A stretch of 64,000 nt of DNA. Source: Eledone cirrhosa (taxonomy: Eukaryota). Positions 21,101-36,100 of this stretch are shown here, in pieces (within the stretch, counting starts at the first letter, position 1; the number at the start of each line of letters is the position of its first letter). The stretch is from positions 10,168,001 through 10,232,000 of the forward strand of contig OZ024756.1 of the NCBI GenBank assembly GCA_964016885.1. The letters are read 5' to 3'. The position numbers and the translations under genes were made by a program. Under the pieces are notes generated by a model. The model saw nothing but the letters and a program-made list of their open reading frames with translations, ran no database searches and was not told the origin of the DNA.

Positions 21101-24100
21101 AGCTATAGAGTAAGAAGACGTAATTTGAGGTGATAAAAGCTGACTTCACACAATTGATGGAAGCTATAGAGTAGGAAGACCTGGGATGGGGTGATAAAAG
21201 CTGACTTCACACAATTGATGGAAGCTATGGAGTAAGAAGACCTAGTTTGAGGTGATAAAAGCTGACTTCACACAATTGATGGAAGCTATAGAGTAGGAAG
21301 ACCTGGGATGAGGTGATAAAAGCTGACTTCACACAATTGATGGAAGCTATGGAGTAAGAAGACCTAGTTTGAGGTGATAAAAGCTGACTTCACACAATTG
21401 ATGGAAGCTATAGAGTAGGAAGACCTGGGATGAGGTGATAAAAGCTGACCTCACACAATTGATGGAAGCAATGGAGTAAGAAGACCTAGTTTGAGGTGAT
21501 AAAAGCTGACTTCACACAATTGATGGACGCTATAGAGTAAGAAGACGTAATTTGAGGTGATAAAAGCTGACTTGACACAATTGATGGAAGCTATAGAGTA
21601 GGAAGACCTAATTTGAGGTGATAAAAGCTGACTTCACACAATTGATGGAAGTCATAGAATAGGAAGACCTGGGATGAGGTGATAAAAGCTGACTTCACAC
21701 AATTGATGGAAGCTATAGAGTAGGAAGACCTAGTTTGAGGTGATAAAAGCTGACTTCACACAATTGATGGAAGCTATGGAGTAAGAAGACCTAATTTGAG
21801 GTGATAAAAGCTGACTTCACACAATTGATGGAAGCTATAGAGTAGGAAGACCTGGGATGAGGTGATAAAAGCTGACCTCACACAATTGATGGAAGCAATG
21901 GAGTAAGAAGACCTAGTTTGAGGTGATAAAAGCTGACTTCACACAATTGATGGACGCTATAGAGTAAGAAGACGTAATTTGAGGTGATAAAAGCTGACTT
22001 CACACAATTGATGGAAGCTATAGAGTAGGAAGACCTAATTTGAGGTGATAAAAGCTGACTTCACACAATTGATGGAAGTCATAGAATAGGAAGACCTGGG
22101 ATGAGGTGATAAAAGCTGACTTCACACAATTGATGGAAGCTATAGAGTAGGAAGACCTGGGATGGGGTGATAAAAGCTGACTTCACACAATTGATGGAAG
22201 CTATGGAGTAAGAAGACCTAGTTTGAGGTGATAAAAGCTGACTTCACACAATTGATGGAAGCTATAGAGTAGGAAGACCTGGGATGGGGTGATAAAAGCT
22301 GACTTCACACAATTGATAGAAGCTATAGAGTAGGAAGACCTAGTTTGAGGTGATAAAAGCTGACTTAACACAATTGATGGAAGCTATAGAGTAGGAAGAC
22401 CTGGCATGAGGTGATAAAAGCTGACTTCACACAATTGATAGAAGCTATAGAGTAGGAAGACCTGGGATGAGGTGATAAAAGCCGACTTCACACAATTGAT
22501 GGAAGCTATGGAATAGGCAGACCTGGGATGAGGTGATAAAAGCTGACCTCACACAATTGATGGAAGCTATGGAGTAAGAACACCTAGTTTGAGGTGATAA
22601 AAGCTGACTTCACACAATTGATGGAAGCTATAGAGTAGGAAGACCTGGGATGAGGTGATAAAAGCTTACTTCACACAATTGATGGAAGCTATAGAGTAAG
22701 AAGACGTAATTTGAGGTGATAAAAGCTGACTTCACACAATTGATGGAAGCTATAGAGTAGGAAGACCTGGGATGGGGTGATAAAAGCTGACTTCACACAA
22801 TTGATGGAAGCTATGGAGTAAGAAAACCTAGTTTGAGGTGATAAAAGATGACTTCACACAATTGATGGAAGCTATAGAGTAGGAAGACCTGGGATGAGGT
22901 GATAAAAGATGACCTCACACAATTGATGGAAGCTATGGAGTAAGAAGACCTAGTTTGAGGTGATAAAAGCTGATCTCACACAATTGATGGAAGCTATAGA
23001 GTAGGAAGACCTGGGATGAGGTGATAAAAGCTGACTTCACACAATTGATGGAAGCTATGGAGTAAGAAGACCTAGTTTGAGGTGATAAAAGCTGACTTCA
23101 CACAATTGATGGAAGCTATAGAGTAGGAAGACCTGGGATGAGGTGATAAAAGCTGACTTCACACAATTGATGGAAGCTATGGAGTAAGAAGACCTAGTTT
23201 GAGGTGATAAAAGCTGACTTCACACAATTGATGGAAGCTATAGAGTAGGAAGACCTGGGATGAGGTGATAAAAGCTGACCTCACACAATTGATGGAAGCA
23301 ATGGAGTAAGAAGACCTAGTTTGAGGTGATAAAAGCTGACTTCACACAATTGATGGAAGCTATAGAGTAGGAAGACCTGGCAATGAGGTGATAAAAGCTG
23401 ACTTCACACAATTGATGGAAGCTATAGAGTAAGAAGACCTAGTTTGAGGTGATAAAAGCTGACTTCACACAATTGATGGAAGCTATGGAGTAAGAAGACC
23501 TAGTTTGAGGTGATAAAAGCTGACTTCACACAATTGATGGAAGCTATGGAGTAAGAAGACCTAGTTTGAGGTGATAAAATCTGACTTCACACAATTGATG
23601 GAAGTCATAGAATAGGAAGACCTGGGATGAGGTGATAAAAGCTGACTTCACACAATTGATGGAAGCAATGGAGTAAGAAGACCTAGTTTGAGGTGATAAA
23701 AGCTGACTTCACACAATTGATGGAAGTCATAGAATAGGAAGACCTGGGATGAGGTGATAAAAGCTGACTTCACACAATTGATGGAAGCTATGGAATAGGC
23801 AGACCTGGGATGAGGTGATAAAAGCCGACCTCACACAATTGATGGAAGCTATAGAGTAGGAAGACCTAGTTTGAGGTGATAAAAGCTGACTTCACACAAT
23901 TGATGGAAGCTATGGAGTAAGAAGACCTAATTTGAGGTGATAAAAGCTGACTTCACACAATTGATGGAAGCTATAGAGTAGGAAGACCTGGGATGGGGTG
24001 ATAAAAGCTGACTTCACACAATTGATGGAAGCTATGGAGTAAGAAGACCTAGTTTGAGGTGATAAAAGCTGACTTCACACAATTGATGGAAGCTATGGAG

Positions 24101-27100
24101 TAGGAAGACCTAATTTGAGGTGATAAAAGCTGACTTCACACAATTGATGGAAGCTATAGAGTAGGAAGACCTGGGATGGGGTGATAAAAGCTGACTTCAC
24201 ACAATTGATGGAAGCTATAGAGTAGGAAGACCTAGTTTGAGGTGATAAAAGCTGACTTCACACAATTGATGGAAGCTATAGAGTAGGAACACCTGGCATG
24301 AGGTGATAAAAGCTGACTTCACACAATTGATAGAAGCTATAGAGTAGGAAGACCTGGGATGAGGTGATAAAAGCCGACTTCACACAATTGATGGAAGCTA
24401 TGGAATAGGCAGACCTGGGATGAGGTGATAAAAGCTGACCTCACACAATTGATGGAAGCTATGGAGTAAGAACACCTAGTTTGAGGTGATAAAAGCTGAC
24501 TTCACACAATTGATGGAAGCTATAGAGTAGGAAGACCTGGGATGAGGTGATAAAAGCTTACTTCACACAATTGATGGAAGCTATAGAGTAAGAAGACGTA
24601 ATTTGAGGTGATAAAAGCTGACTTCACACAATTGATGGAAGCTATAGAGTAGAAGACCTGGGATGGGGTGATAAAAGCTGACTTCACACAATTGATGGAA
24701 GCTATAGAGTAGGAAGACCTAGTTTGAGGTGATAAAAGCTGACTTCACACAATTGATGGAAGCTATAGAGTAGGAAGACCTGGCATGAGGTGATAAAAGC
24801 TGACTTCACACAATTGATAGAAGCTATAGAGTAGGAAGACCTGGGATGAGGTGATAAAAGCCGACTTCACACAATTGATGGAAGCTATGGAATAGGCAGA
24901 CCTGGGATGAGGTGATAAAAGCTGACCTCACACAATTGATGGAAGCTATGGAGTAAGAACACCTAGTTTGAGGTGATAAAAGCTGACTTCACACAATTGA
25001 TGGAAGCTATAGAGTAGGAAGACCTGGGATGAGGTGATAAAAGCTTACTTCACACAATTGATGGAAGCTATAGAGTAAGAAGACGTAATTTGAGGTGATA
25101 AAAGCTGACTTCACACAATTGATGGAAGCTATAGAGTAGGAAGACCTGGGATGGGGTGATAAAAGCTGACTTCACACAATTGATGGAAGCTATGGAGTAA
25201 GAAGACCTAGTTTGAGGTGATAAAAGCTGACTTCACACAATTGATGGAAGCTATAGAGTAGGAAGACCTGGGATGAGGTGATAAAAGCTGACTTCACACA
25301 ATTGATGGAAGCTATGGAGTAAGAAGACCTAGTTTGAGGTGATAAAAGCTGACTTCACACAATTGATGGAAGCTATAGAGTAGGAAGACCTGGGATGAGG
25401 TGATAAAAGCTGACCTCACACAATTGATGGAAGCAATGGAGTAAGAAGACCTAGTTTGAGGTGATAAAAGCTGACTTCACACAATTGATGGACGCTATAG
25501 AGTAAGAAGACGTAATTTGAGGTGATAAAAGCTGACTTCACACAATTGATGGAAGCTATAGAGTAGGAAGACCTAATTTGAGGTGATAAAAGCTGACTTC
25601 ACACAATTGATGGAAGTCATAGAATAGGAAGACCTGGGATGAGGTGATAAAAGCTGACTTCACACAATTGATGGAAGCTATAGAGTAGGAAGACCTAGTT
25701 TGAGGTGATAAAAGCTGACTTCACACAATTGATGGAAGCTATGGAGTAAGAAGACCTAATTTGAGGTGATAAAAGCTGACTTCACACAATTGATGGAAGC
25801 TATAGAGTAGGAAGACCTGGGATGGGGTGATAAAAGCTGACTTCACACAATTGATGGAAGCTATGGAGTAAGAAGACCTAGTTTGAGGTGATAAAAGCTG
25901 ACTTCACACAATTGATGGAAGCTATGGAGTAGGAAGACCTAATTTGAGGTGATAAAAGCTGACTTCACACAATTGATGGAAGCTATAGAGTAGGAAGACC
26001 TGGGATGGGGTGATAAAAGCTGACTTCACACAATTGATGGAAGCTATAGAGTAGGAAGACCTAGTTTGAGGTGATAAAAGCTGACTTCACACAATTGATG
26101 GAAGCTATAGAGTAGGAACACCTGGCATGAGGTGATAAAAGCTGACTTCACACAATTGATAGAAGCTATAGAGTAGGAAGACCTGGGATGAGGTGATAAA
26201 AGCCGACTTCACACAATTGATGGAAGCTATGGAATAGGCAGACCTGGGATGAGGTGATAAAAGCTGACCTCACACAATTGATGGAAGCTATGGAGTAAGA
26301 ACACCTAGTTTGAGGTGATAAAAGCTGACTTCACACAATTGATGGAAGCTATAGAGTAGGAAGACCTGGGATGAGGTGATAAAAGCTTACTTCACACAAT
26401 TGATGGAAGCTATAGAGTAAGAAGACGTAATTTGAGGTGATAAAAGCTGACTTCACACAATTGATGGAAGCTATAGAGTAGAAGACCTGGGATGGGGTGA
26501 TAAAAGCTGACTTCACACAATTGATGGAAGCTATAGAGTAGGAAGACCTAGTTTGAGGTGATAAAAGCTGACTTCACACAATTGATGGAAGCTATAGAGT
26601 AGGAAGACCTGGCATGAGGTGATAAAAGCTGACTTCACACAATTGATAGAAGCTATAGAGTAGGAAGACCTGGGATGAGGTGATAAAAGCCGACTTCACA
26701 CAATTGATGGAAGCTATGGAATAGGCAGACCTGGGATGAGGTGATAAAAGCTGACCTCACACAATTGATGGAAGCTATGGAGTAAGAACACCTAGTTTGA
26801 GGTGATAAAAGCTGACTTCACACAATTGATGGAAGCTATAGAGTAGGAAGACCTGGGATGAGGTGATAAAAGCTTACTTCACACAATTGATGGAAGCTAT
26901 AGAGTAAGAAGACGTAATTTGAGGTGATAAAAGCTGACTTCACACAATTGATGGAAGCTATAGAGTAGGAAGACCTGGGATGGGGTGATAAAAGCTGACT
27001 TCACACAATTGATGGAAGCTATGGAGTAAGAAGACCTAGTTTGAGGTGATAAAAGCTGACTTCACACAATTGATGGAAGCTATAGAGTAGGAAGACCTGG

Positions 27101-30100
27101 GATGAGGTGATAAAAGCTGACCTCACACAATTGATGGAAGCAATGGAGTAAGAAGACCTAGTTTGAGGTGATAAAAGCTGACTTCACACAATTGATGGAA
27201 GCTATAGAGTAGGAAGACCTGGGATGAGGTGATAAAAGCTGACCTCACACAATTGATGGAAGCAATGGAGTAAGAAGACCTAGTTTGAGGTGATAAAAGC
27301 TGACTTCACACAATTGATGGAAGCTATAGAGTAGGAAGACCTGGGATGAGGTGATAAAAGCTGACCTCACACAATTGATGGAAGCAATGGAGTAAGAAGA
27401 CCTAGTTTGAGGTGATAAAAGCTGACTTCACACAATTGATGGACGCTATAGAGTAAGAAGACGTAATTTGAGGTGATAAAAGCTGACTTCACACAATTGA
27501 TGGAAGCTATAGAGTAGGAAGACCTAATTTGAGGTGATAAAAGCTGACTTCACACAATTGATGGAAGTCATAGAATAGGAAGACCTGGGATGAGGTGATA
27601 AAAGCTGACTTCACACAATTGATGGAAGCTATAGAGTAGGAAGACCTAGTTTGAGGTGATAAAAGCTGACTTCACACAATTGATGGAAGCTATGGAGTAA
27701 GAAGACCTAATTTGAGGTGATAAAAGCTGACTTCACACAATTGATGGAAGCTATAGAGTAGGAAGACCTGGGATGGGGTGATAAAAGCTGACTTCACACA
27801 ATTGATGGAAGCTATGGAGTAAGAAGACCTAGTTTGAGGTGATAAAAGCTGACTTCACACAATTGATGGAAGCTATGGAGTAGGAAGACCTAATTTGAGG
27901 TGATAAAAGCTGAGTTCACACAATTGATGGAAGCTATAGAGTAGGAAGACCTGGGATGGGGTGATAAAAGCTGACTTCACACAATTGATAGAAGCTATAG
28001 AGTAGGAAGACCTAGTTTGAGGTGATAAAAGCTGACTTAACACAATTGATGGAAGCTATAGAGTAGGAAGACCTGGCATGAGGTGATAAAAGCTGACTTC
28101 ACACAATTGATAGAAGCTATAGAGTAGGAAGACCTGGGATGAGGTGATAAAAGCCGACTTCACACAATTGATGGAAGCTATGGAATAGGCAGACCTGGGA
28201 TGAGGTGATAAAAGCTGACCTCACACAATTGATGGAAGCTATGGAGTAAGAACACCTAGTTTGAGGTGATAAAAGCTGACTTCACACAATTGATGGAAGC
28301 TATAGAGTAGGAAGACCTGGGATGAGGTGATAAAAGCTTACTTCACACAATTGATGGAAGCTATAGAGTAAGAAGACGTAATTTGAGGTGATAAAAGCTG
28401 ACTTCACACAATTGATGGAAGCTATAGAGTAGGAAGACCTGGGATGGGGTGATAAAAGCTGACTTCACACAATTGATGGAAGCTATGGAGTAAGAAAACC
28501 TAGTTTGAGGTGATAAAAGATGACTTCACACAATTGATGGAAGCTATAGAGTAGGAAGACCTGGGATGAGGTGATAAAAGATGACCTCACACAATTGATG
28601 GAAGCTATGGAGTAAGAAGACCTAGTTTGAGGTGATAAAAGCTGATCTCACACAATTGATGGAAGCTATAGAGTAGGAAGACCTGGGATGAGGTGATAAA
28701 AGCTGACTTCACACAATTGATGGAAGCTATGGAGTAAGAAGACCTAGTTTGAGGTGATAAAAGCTGACTTCACACAATTGATGGAAGCTATAGAGTAGGA
28801 AGACCTGGGATGAGGTGATAAAAGCTGACTTCACACAATTGATGGAAGCTATGGAGTAAGAAGACCTAGTTTGAGGTGATAAAAGCTGACTTCACACAAT
28901 TGATGGAAGCTATAGAGTAGGAAGACCTGGGATGAGGTGATAAAAGCTGACCTCACACAATTGATGGAAGCAATGGAGTAAGAAGACCTAGTTTGAGGTG
29001 ATAAAAGCTGACTTCACACAATTGATGGAAGCTATAGAGTAGGAAGACCTGGCAATGAGGTGATAAAAGCTGACTTCACACAATTGATGGAAGCTATAGA
29101 GTAAGAAGACCTAGTTTGAGGTGATAAAAGCTGACTTCACACAATTGATGGAAGCTATGGAGTAAGAAGACCTAGTTTGAGGTGATAAAAGCTGACTTCA
29201 CACAATTGATGGAAGCTATGGAGTAAGAAGACCTAGTTTGAGGTGATAAAAGCTGACTTCACACAATTGATGGAAGTCATAGAATAGGAAGACCTGGGAT
29301 GAGGTGATAAAAGCTGACTTCACACAATTGATGGAAGCTATGGAATAGGCAGACCTGGGATGAGGTGATAAAGCTGACCTCACACAATTGATGGAAGCTA
29401 TAGAGTAGGAAGACCTAGTTTGAGGTGATAAAAGCTGACTTCACACAATTGATGGAAGCTATGGAGTAAGAAGACCTAATTTGAGGTGATAAAAGCTGAC
29501 TTCACACAATTGATGGAAGCTATAGAGTAGGAAGACCTGGGATGGGGTGATAAAAGCTGACTTCACACAATTGATGGAAGCAATGGAGTAAGAAGACCTA
29601 GTTTGAGGTGATAAAAGCTGACTTCACACAATTGATGGAAGCTATGGAGTAGGAAGACCTAATTTGAGGTGATAAAAGCTGACTTCACACAATTGATGGA
29701 AGCTATAGAGTAGGAAGACCTGGGATGGGGTGATAAAAGCTGACTTCACACAATTGATGGAAGCTATAGAGTAGGAAGACCTAGTTTGAGGTGATAAAAG
29801 CTGACTTCACACAATTGATGGAAGCTATAGAGTAGGAACACCTGGCATGAGGTGATAAAAGCTGACTTCACACAATTGATAGAAGCTATAGAGTAGGAAG
29901 ACCTGGGATGAGGTGATAAAAGCCGACTTCACACAATTGATGGAAGCTATGGAATAGGCAGACCTGGGATGAGGTGATAAAAGCTGACCTCACACAATTG
30001 ATGGAAGCTATGGAGTAAGAACACCTAGTTTGAGGTGATAAAAGCTGACTTCACACAATTGATGGAAGCTATAGAGTAAGAAGACGTAATTTGAGGTGAT

Positions 30101-33100
30101 AAAAGCTGACTTCACACAATTGATGGAAGCTATAGAGTAGGAAGACCTGGGATGGGGTGATAAAAGCTGACTTCACACAATTGATGGAAGCTATGGAGTA
30201 GGAAGACCTAATTTGAGGTGATAAAAGCTGACTTCACACAATTGATGGAAGCTATAGAGTAGGAAGACCTGGGATGGGGTGATAAAAGCTGACTTCACAC
30301 AATTGATGGAAGCTATGGAGTAAGAAGACCTAGTTTGAGGTGATAAAAGCTGACTTCACACAATTGATGGAAGCTATAGAGTAGGAAGACCTGGGATGAG
30401 GTGATAAAAGCTGACTTCACACAATTGATGGAAGCTATAGAGTAGGAAGACCTAGTTTGAGGTGATAAAAGCTGACTTCACACAATTGATGGAAGCTATG
30501 GAGTAAGAAGACCTAGTTTGAGGTGATAAAAGCTGATCTCACACAATTGATGGAAGCTATAGAGTAGGAAGACCTGGGGTGAGGTGATAAAAGCTGACTT
30601 CACACAATTGATGGAAGCTATGGAGTAAGAAGACCTAGTTTGAGGTGATAAAAGCTGACTTCAAACAATTGATGGAAGCTATAGAGTAGGAAGACCTAGT
30701 TTGAGGTGATAAAAGCTGACTTCACACAATTGATGGAAGCTATAGAGTAGGAAGACCTGGGATGAGGTGACTTCACACAATTGATGGAAGCTATAGAGTA
30801 GGAAGACCTGGGATGAGGTGATAAAAGCTGACTTCACACAATTGATGGAAGCTATGGAGTAAGAAGACCTAGTTTGAGGTGATAAAAGCTGATCTCACAC
30901 AATTGATGGAAGCTATAGAGTAGGAAGACCTGGGATGAGGTGATAAAAGCTGACTTCACACAATTGATGGAAGCTATGAAGTAAGAAGACCTAGTTTGAG
31001 GTGATAAAAGCTGACTTCACACAATTGATGGAAGCTATAGAGTAGGAAGACCTGGGATGAGGTGATAAAAGCTGACCTCACACAATTGATGGAAGCTATG
31101 GAGTAAGAAGACCTGGGATGAGGTGATAAAAGCTGATCTCACACAATTGATGGAAGCTATAGAGTAGGAAGACCTAGTTTGAGGTGATAAAAGCTGACTT
31201 CACACAATTGATGGAAGCTATAGAGTAGGAAGACTTGGGATGAGGTGATAAAAGCTGACCTCACACAATTGATGGAAGCTATGGAGTAAGAAGACCTAGT
31301 TTGAGGTGATAAAAGCTGACTTCACACAATTGATGGAAGCTATAGAGTAGGAAGACCTGGGATGAGGTGATAAAAGCTGACTTCACACAATTGATGGACG
31401 CTATAGAGTAAGAAGACGTAATTTGAGGTGATAAAAGCTGACTTCACACAATTGATGGAAGCTATGGAGTAAGAAGACCTAGTTTGAGGTGATAAAAGCT
31501 GACTTCACACAATTGATGGAAGCTATGGAGTAAGAAGACCTAGTTTGAGGTGATAAAAGCTGACTTCACACAATTGATGGAAGCTATAGAGTAGGAAGAC
31601 CTGGGATGAGGTGATAAAAGCTGACTTCACACAATTGATGGAAGCTATAGAGTAAGAAGACCTAGTTTGAGGTGATAAAAGCTGACTTCACACAATTGAT
31701 GGAAGCTATGGAGTAAGAAGACCTAGTTTGAGGTGATAAAAGCTGACTTCACACAATTGATGGAAGCTATGGAGTAGGAAGACCTAATTTGAGGTGATAA
31801 AAGCTGACTTCACACAATTGATGGAAGCTATAGAGTAGGAAGACCTGGGATGGGGTGATAAAAGCTGACTTCACACAATTGATGGAAGCTATAGAGTAGG
31901 AAGACCTAGTTTGAGGTGATAAAAGCTGACTTCACACAATTGATGGAAGCTATAGAGTAGGAACACCTGGCATGAGGTGATAAAAGCTGACTTCACACAA
32001 TTGATAGAAGCTATAGAGTAGGAAGACCTGGGATGAGGTGATAAAAGCCGACTTCACACAATTGATGGAAGCTATGGAATAGGCAGACCTGGGATGAGGT
32101 GATAAAAGCTGACCTCACACAATTGATGGAAGCTATGGAGTAAGAACACCTAGTTTGAGGTGATAAAAGCTGACTTCACACAATTGATGGAAGCTATAGA
32201 GTAGGAAGACCTGGGATGAGGTGATAAAAGCTTACTTCACACAATTGATGGAAGCTATAGAGTAAGAAGACGTAATTTGAGGTGATAAAAGCTGACTTCA
32301 CACAATTGATGGAAGCTATAGAGTAGAAGACCTGGGATGGGGTGATAAAAGCTGACTTCACACAATTGATGGAAGCTATAGAGTAGGAAGACCTAGTTTG
32401 AGGTGATAAAAGCTGACTTCACACAATTGATGGAAGCTATAGAGTAGGAAGACCTGGCATGAGGTGATAAAAGCTGACTTCACACAATTGATAGAAGCTA
32501 TAGAGTAGGAAGACCTGGGATGAGGTGATAAAAGCCGACTTCACACAATTGATGGAAGCTATGGAATAGGCAGACCTGGGATGAGGTGATAAAAGCTGAC
32601 CTCACACAATTGATGGAAGCTATGGAGTAAGAACACCTAGTTTGAGGTGATAAAAGCTGACTTCACACAATTGATGGAAGCTATAGAGTAGGAAGACCTG
32701 GGATGAGGTGATAAAAGCTTACTTCACACAATTGATGGAAGCTATAGAGTAAGAAGACGTAATTTGAGGTGATAAAAGCTGACTTCACACAATTGATGGA
32801 AGCTATAGAGTAGGAAGACCTGGGATGGGGTGATAAAAGCTGACTTCACACAATTGATGGAAGCTATGGAGTAAGAAGACCTAGTTTGAGGTGATAAAAG
32901 CTGACTTCACACAATTGATGGAAGCTATAGAGTAGGAAGACCTGGGATGAGGTGATAAAAGCTGACTTCACACAATTGATGGAAGCTATGGAGTAAGAAG
33001 ACCTAGTTTGAGGTGATAAAAGCTGACTTCACACAATTGATGGAAGCTATAGAGTAGGAAGACCTGGGATGAGGTGATAAAAGCTGACCTCACACAATTG

Positions 33101-36100
33101 ATGGAAGCAATGGAGTAAGAAGACCTAGTTTGAGGTGATAAAAGCTGACTTCACACAATTGATGGACGCTATAGAGTAAGAAGACGTAATTTGAGGTGAT
33201 AAAAGCTGACTTCACACAATTGATGGAAGCTATAGAGTAGGAAGACCTAATTTGAGGTGATAAAAGCTGACTTCACACAATTGATGGAAGTCATAGAATA
33301 GGAAGACCTGGGATGAGGTGATAAAAGCTGACTTCACACAATTGATGGAAGCTATAGAGTAGGAAGACCTAGTTTGAGGTGATAAAAGCTGACTTCACAC
33401 AATTGATGGAAGCTATGGAGTAAGAAGACCTAATTTGAGGTGATAAAAGCTGACTTCACACAATTGATGGAAGCTATAGAGTAGGAAGACCTGGGATGGG
33501 GTGATAAAAGCTGACTTCACACAATTGATGGAAGCTATGGAGTAAGAAGACCTAGTTTGAGGTGATAAAAGCTGACTTCACACAATTGATGGAAGCTATG
33601 GAGTAGGAAGACCTAATTTGAGGTGATAAAAGCTGACTTCACACAATTGATGGAAGCTATAGAGTAGGAAGACCTAGTTTGAGGTGATAAAAGCTGACTT
33701 CACACAATTGATGGAAGCTATAGAGTAGGAACACCTGGCATGAGGTGATAAAAGCTGACTTCACACAATTGATAGAAGCTATAGAGTAGGAAGACCTGGG
33801 ATGAGGTGATAAAAGCCGACTTCACACAATTGATGGAAGCTATGGAATAGGCAGACCTGGGATGAGGTGATAAAAGCTGACCTCACACAATTGATGGAAG
33901 CTATGGAGTAAGAACACCTAGTTTGAGGTGATAAAAGCTGACTTCACACAATTGATGGAAGCTATAGAGTAGGAAGACCTGGGATGAGGTGATAAAAGCT
34001 TACTTCACACAATTGATGGAAGCTATAGAGTAAGAAGACGTAATTTGAGGTGATAAAAGCTGACTTCACACAATTGATGGAAGCTATAGAGTAGAAGACC
34101 TGGGATGGGGTGATAAAAGCTGACTTCACACAATTGATGGAAGCTATAGAGTAGGAAGACCTAGTTTGAGGTGATAAAAGCTGACTTCACACAATTGATG
34201 GAAGCTATAGAGTAGGAAGACCTGGCATGAGGTGATAAAAGCTGACTTCACACAATTGATAGAAGCTATAGAGTAGGAAGACCTGGGATGAGGTGATAAA
34301 AGCCGACTTCACACAATTGATGGAAGCTATGGAATAGGCAGACCTGGGATGAGGTGATAAAAGCTGACCTCACACAATTGATGGAAGCTATGGAGTAAGA
34401 ACACCTAGTTTGAGGTGATAAAAGCTGACTTCACACAATTGATGGAAGCTATAGAGTAGGAAGACCTGGGATGAGGTGATAAAAGCTTACTTCACACAAT
34501 TGATGGAAGCTATAGAGTAAGAAGACGTAATTTGAGGTGATAAAAGCTGACTTCACACAATTGATGGAAGCTATAGAGTAGGAAGACCTGGGATGGGGTG
34601 ATAAAAGCTGACTTCACACAATTGATGGAAGCTATGGAGTAAGAAGACCTAGTTTGAGGTGATAAAAGCTGACTTCACACAATTGATGGAAGCTATAGAG
34701 TAGGAAGACCTGGGATGAGGTGATAAAAGCTGACTTCACACAATTGATGGAAGCTATGGAGTAAGAAGACCTAGTTTGAGGTGATAAAAGCTGACTTCAC
34801 ACAATTGATGGAAGCTATAGAGTAGGAAGACCTGGGATGAGGTGATAAAAGCTGACCTCACACAATTGATGGAAGCAATGGAGTAAGAAGACCTAGTTTG
34901 AGGTGATAAAAGCTGACTTCACACAATTGATGGACGCTATAGAGTAAGAAGACGTAATTTGAGGTGATAAAAGCTGACTTCACACAATTGATGGAAGCTA
35001 TAGAGTAGGAAGACCTAATTTGAGGTGATAAAAGCTGACTTCACACAATTGATGGAAGTCATAGAATAGGAAGACCTGGGATGAGGTGATAAAAGCTGAC
35101 TTCACACAATTGATGGAAGCTATAGAGTAGGAAGACCTAGTTTGAGGTGATAAAAGCTGACTTCACACAATTGATGGAAGCTATGGAGTAAGAAGACCTA
35201 ATTTGAGGTGATAAAAGCTGACTTCACACAATTGATGGAAGCTATAGAGTAGGAAGACCTGGGATGGGGTGATAAAAGCTGACTTCACACAATTGATGGA
35301 AGCTATGGAGTAAGAAGACCTAGTTTGAGGTGATAAAAGCTGACTTCACACAATTGATGGAAGCTATGGAGTAGGAAGACCTAATTTGAGGTGATAAAAG
35401 CTGACTTCACACAATTGATGGAAGCTATAGAGTAGGAAGACCTGGGATGGGGTGATAAAAGCTGACTTCACACAATTGATAGAAGCTATAGAGTAGGAAG
35501 ACCTAGTTTGAGGTGATAAAAGCTGACTTAACACAATTGATGGAAGCTATAGAGTAGGAAGACCTGGCATGAGGTGATAAAAGCTGACTTCACACAATTG
35601 ATAGAAGCTATAGAGTAGGAAGACCTGGGATGAGGTGATAAAAGCCGACTTCACACAATTGATGGAAGCTATGGAATAGGCAGACCTGGGATGAGGTGAT
35701 AAAAGCTGACCTCACACAATTGATGGAAGCTATGGAGTAAGAACACCTAGTTTGAGGTGATAAAAGCTGACTTCACACAATTGATGGAAGCTATAGAGTA
35801 GGAAGACCTGGGATGAGGTGATAAAAGCTTACTTCACACAATTGATGGAAGCTATAGAGTAAGAAGACGTAATTTGAGGTGATAAAAGCTGACTTCACAC
35901 AATTGATGGAAGCTATAGAGTAGGAAGACCTGGGATGGGGTGATAAAAGCTGACTTCACACAATTGATGGAAGCTATGGAGTAAGAAAACCTAGTTTGAG
36001 GTGATAAAAGATGACTTCACACAATTGATGGAAGCTATAGAGTAGGAAGACCTGGGATGAGGTGATAAAAGATGACCTCACACAATTGATGGAAGCTATG

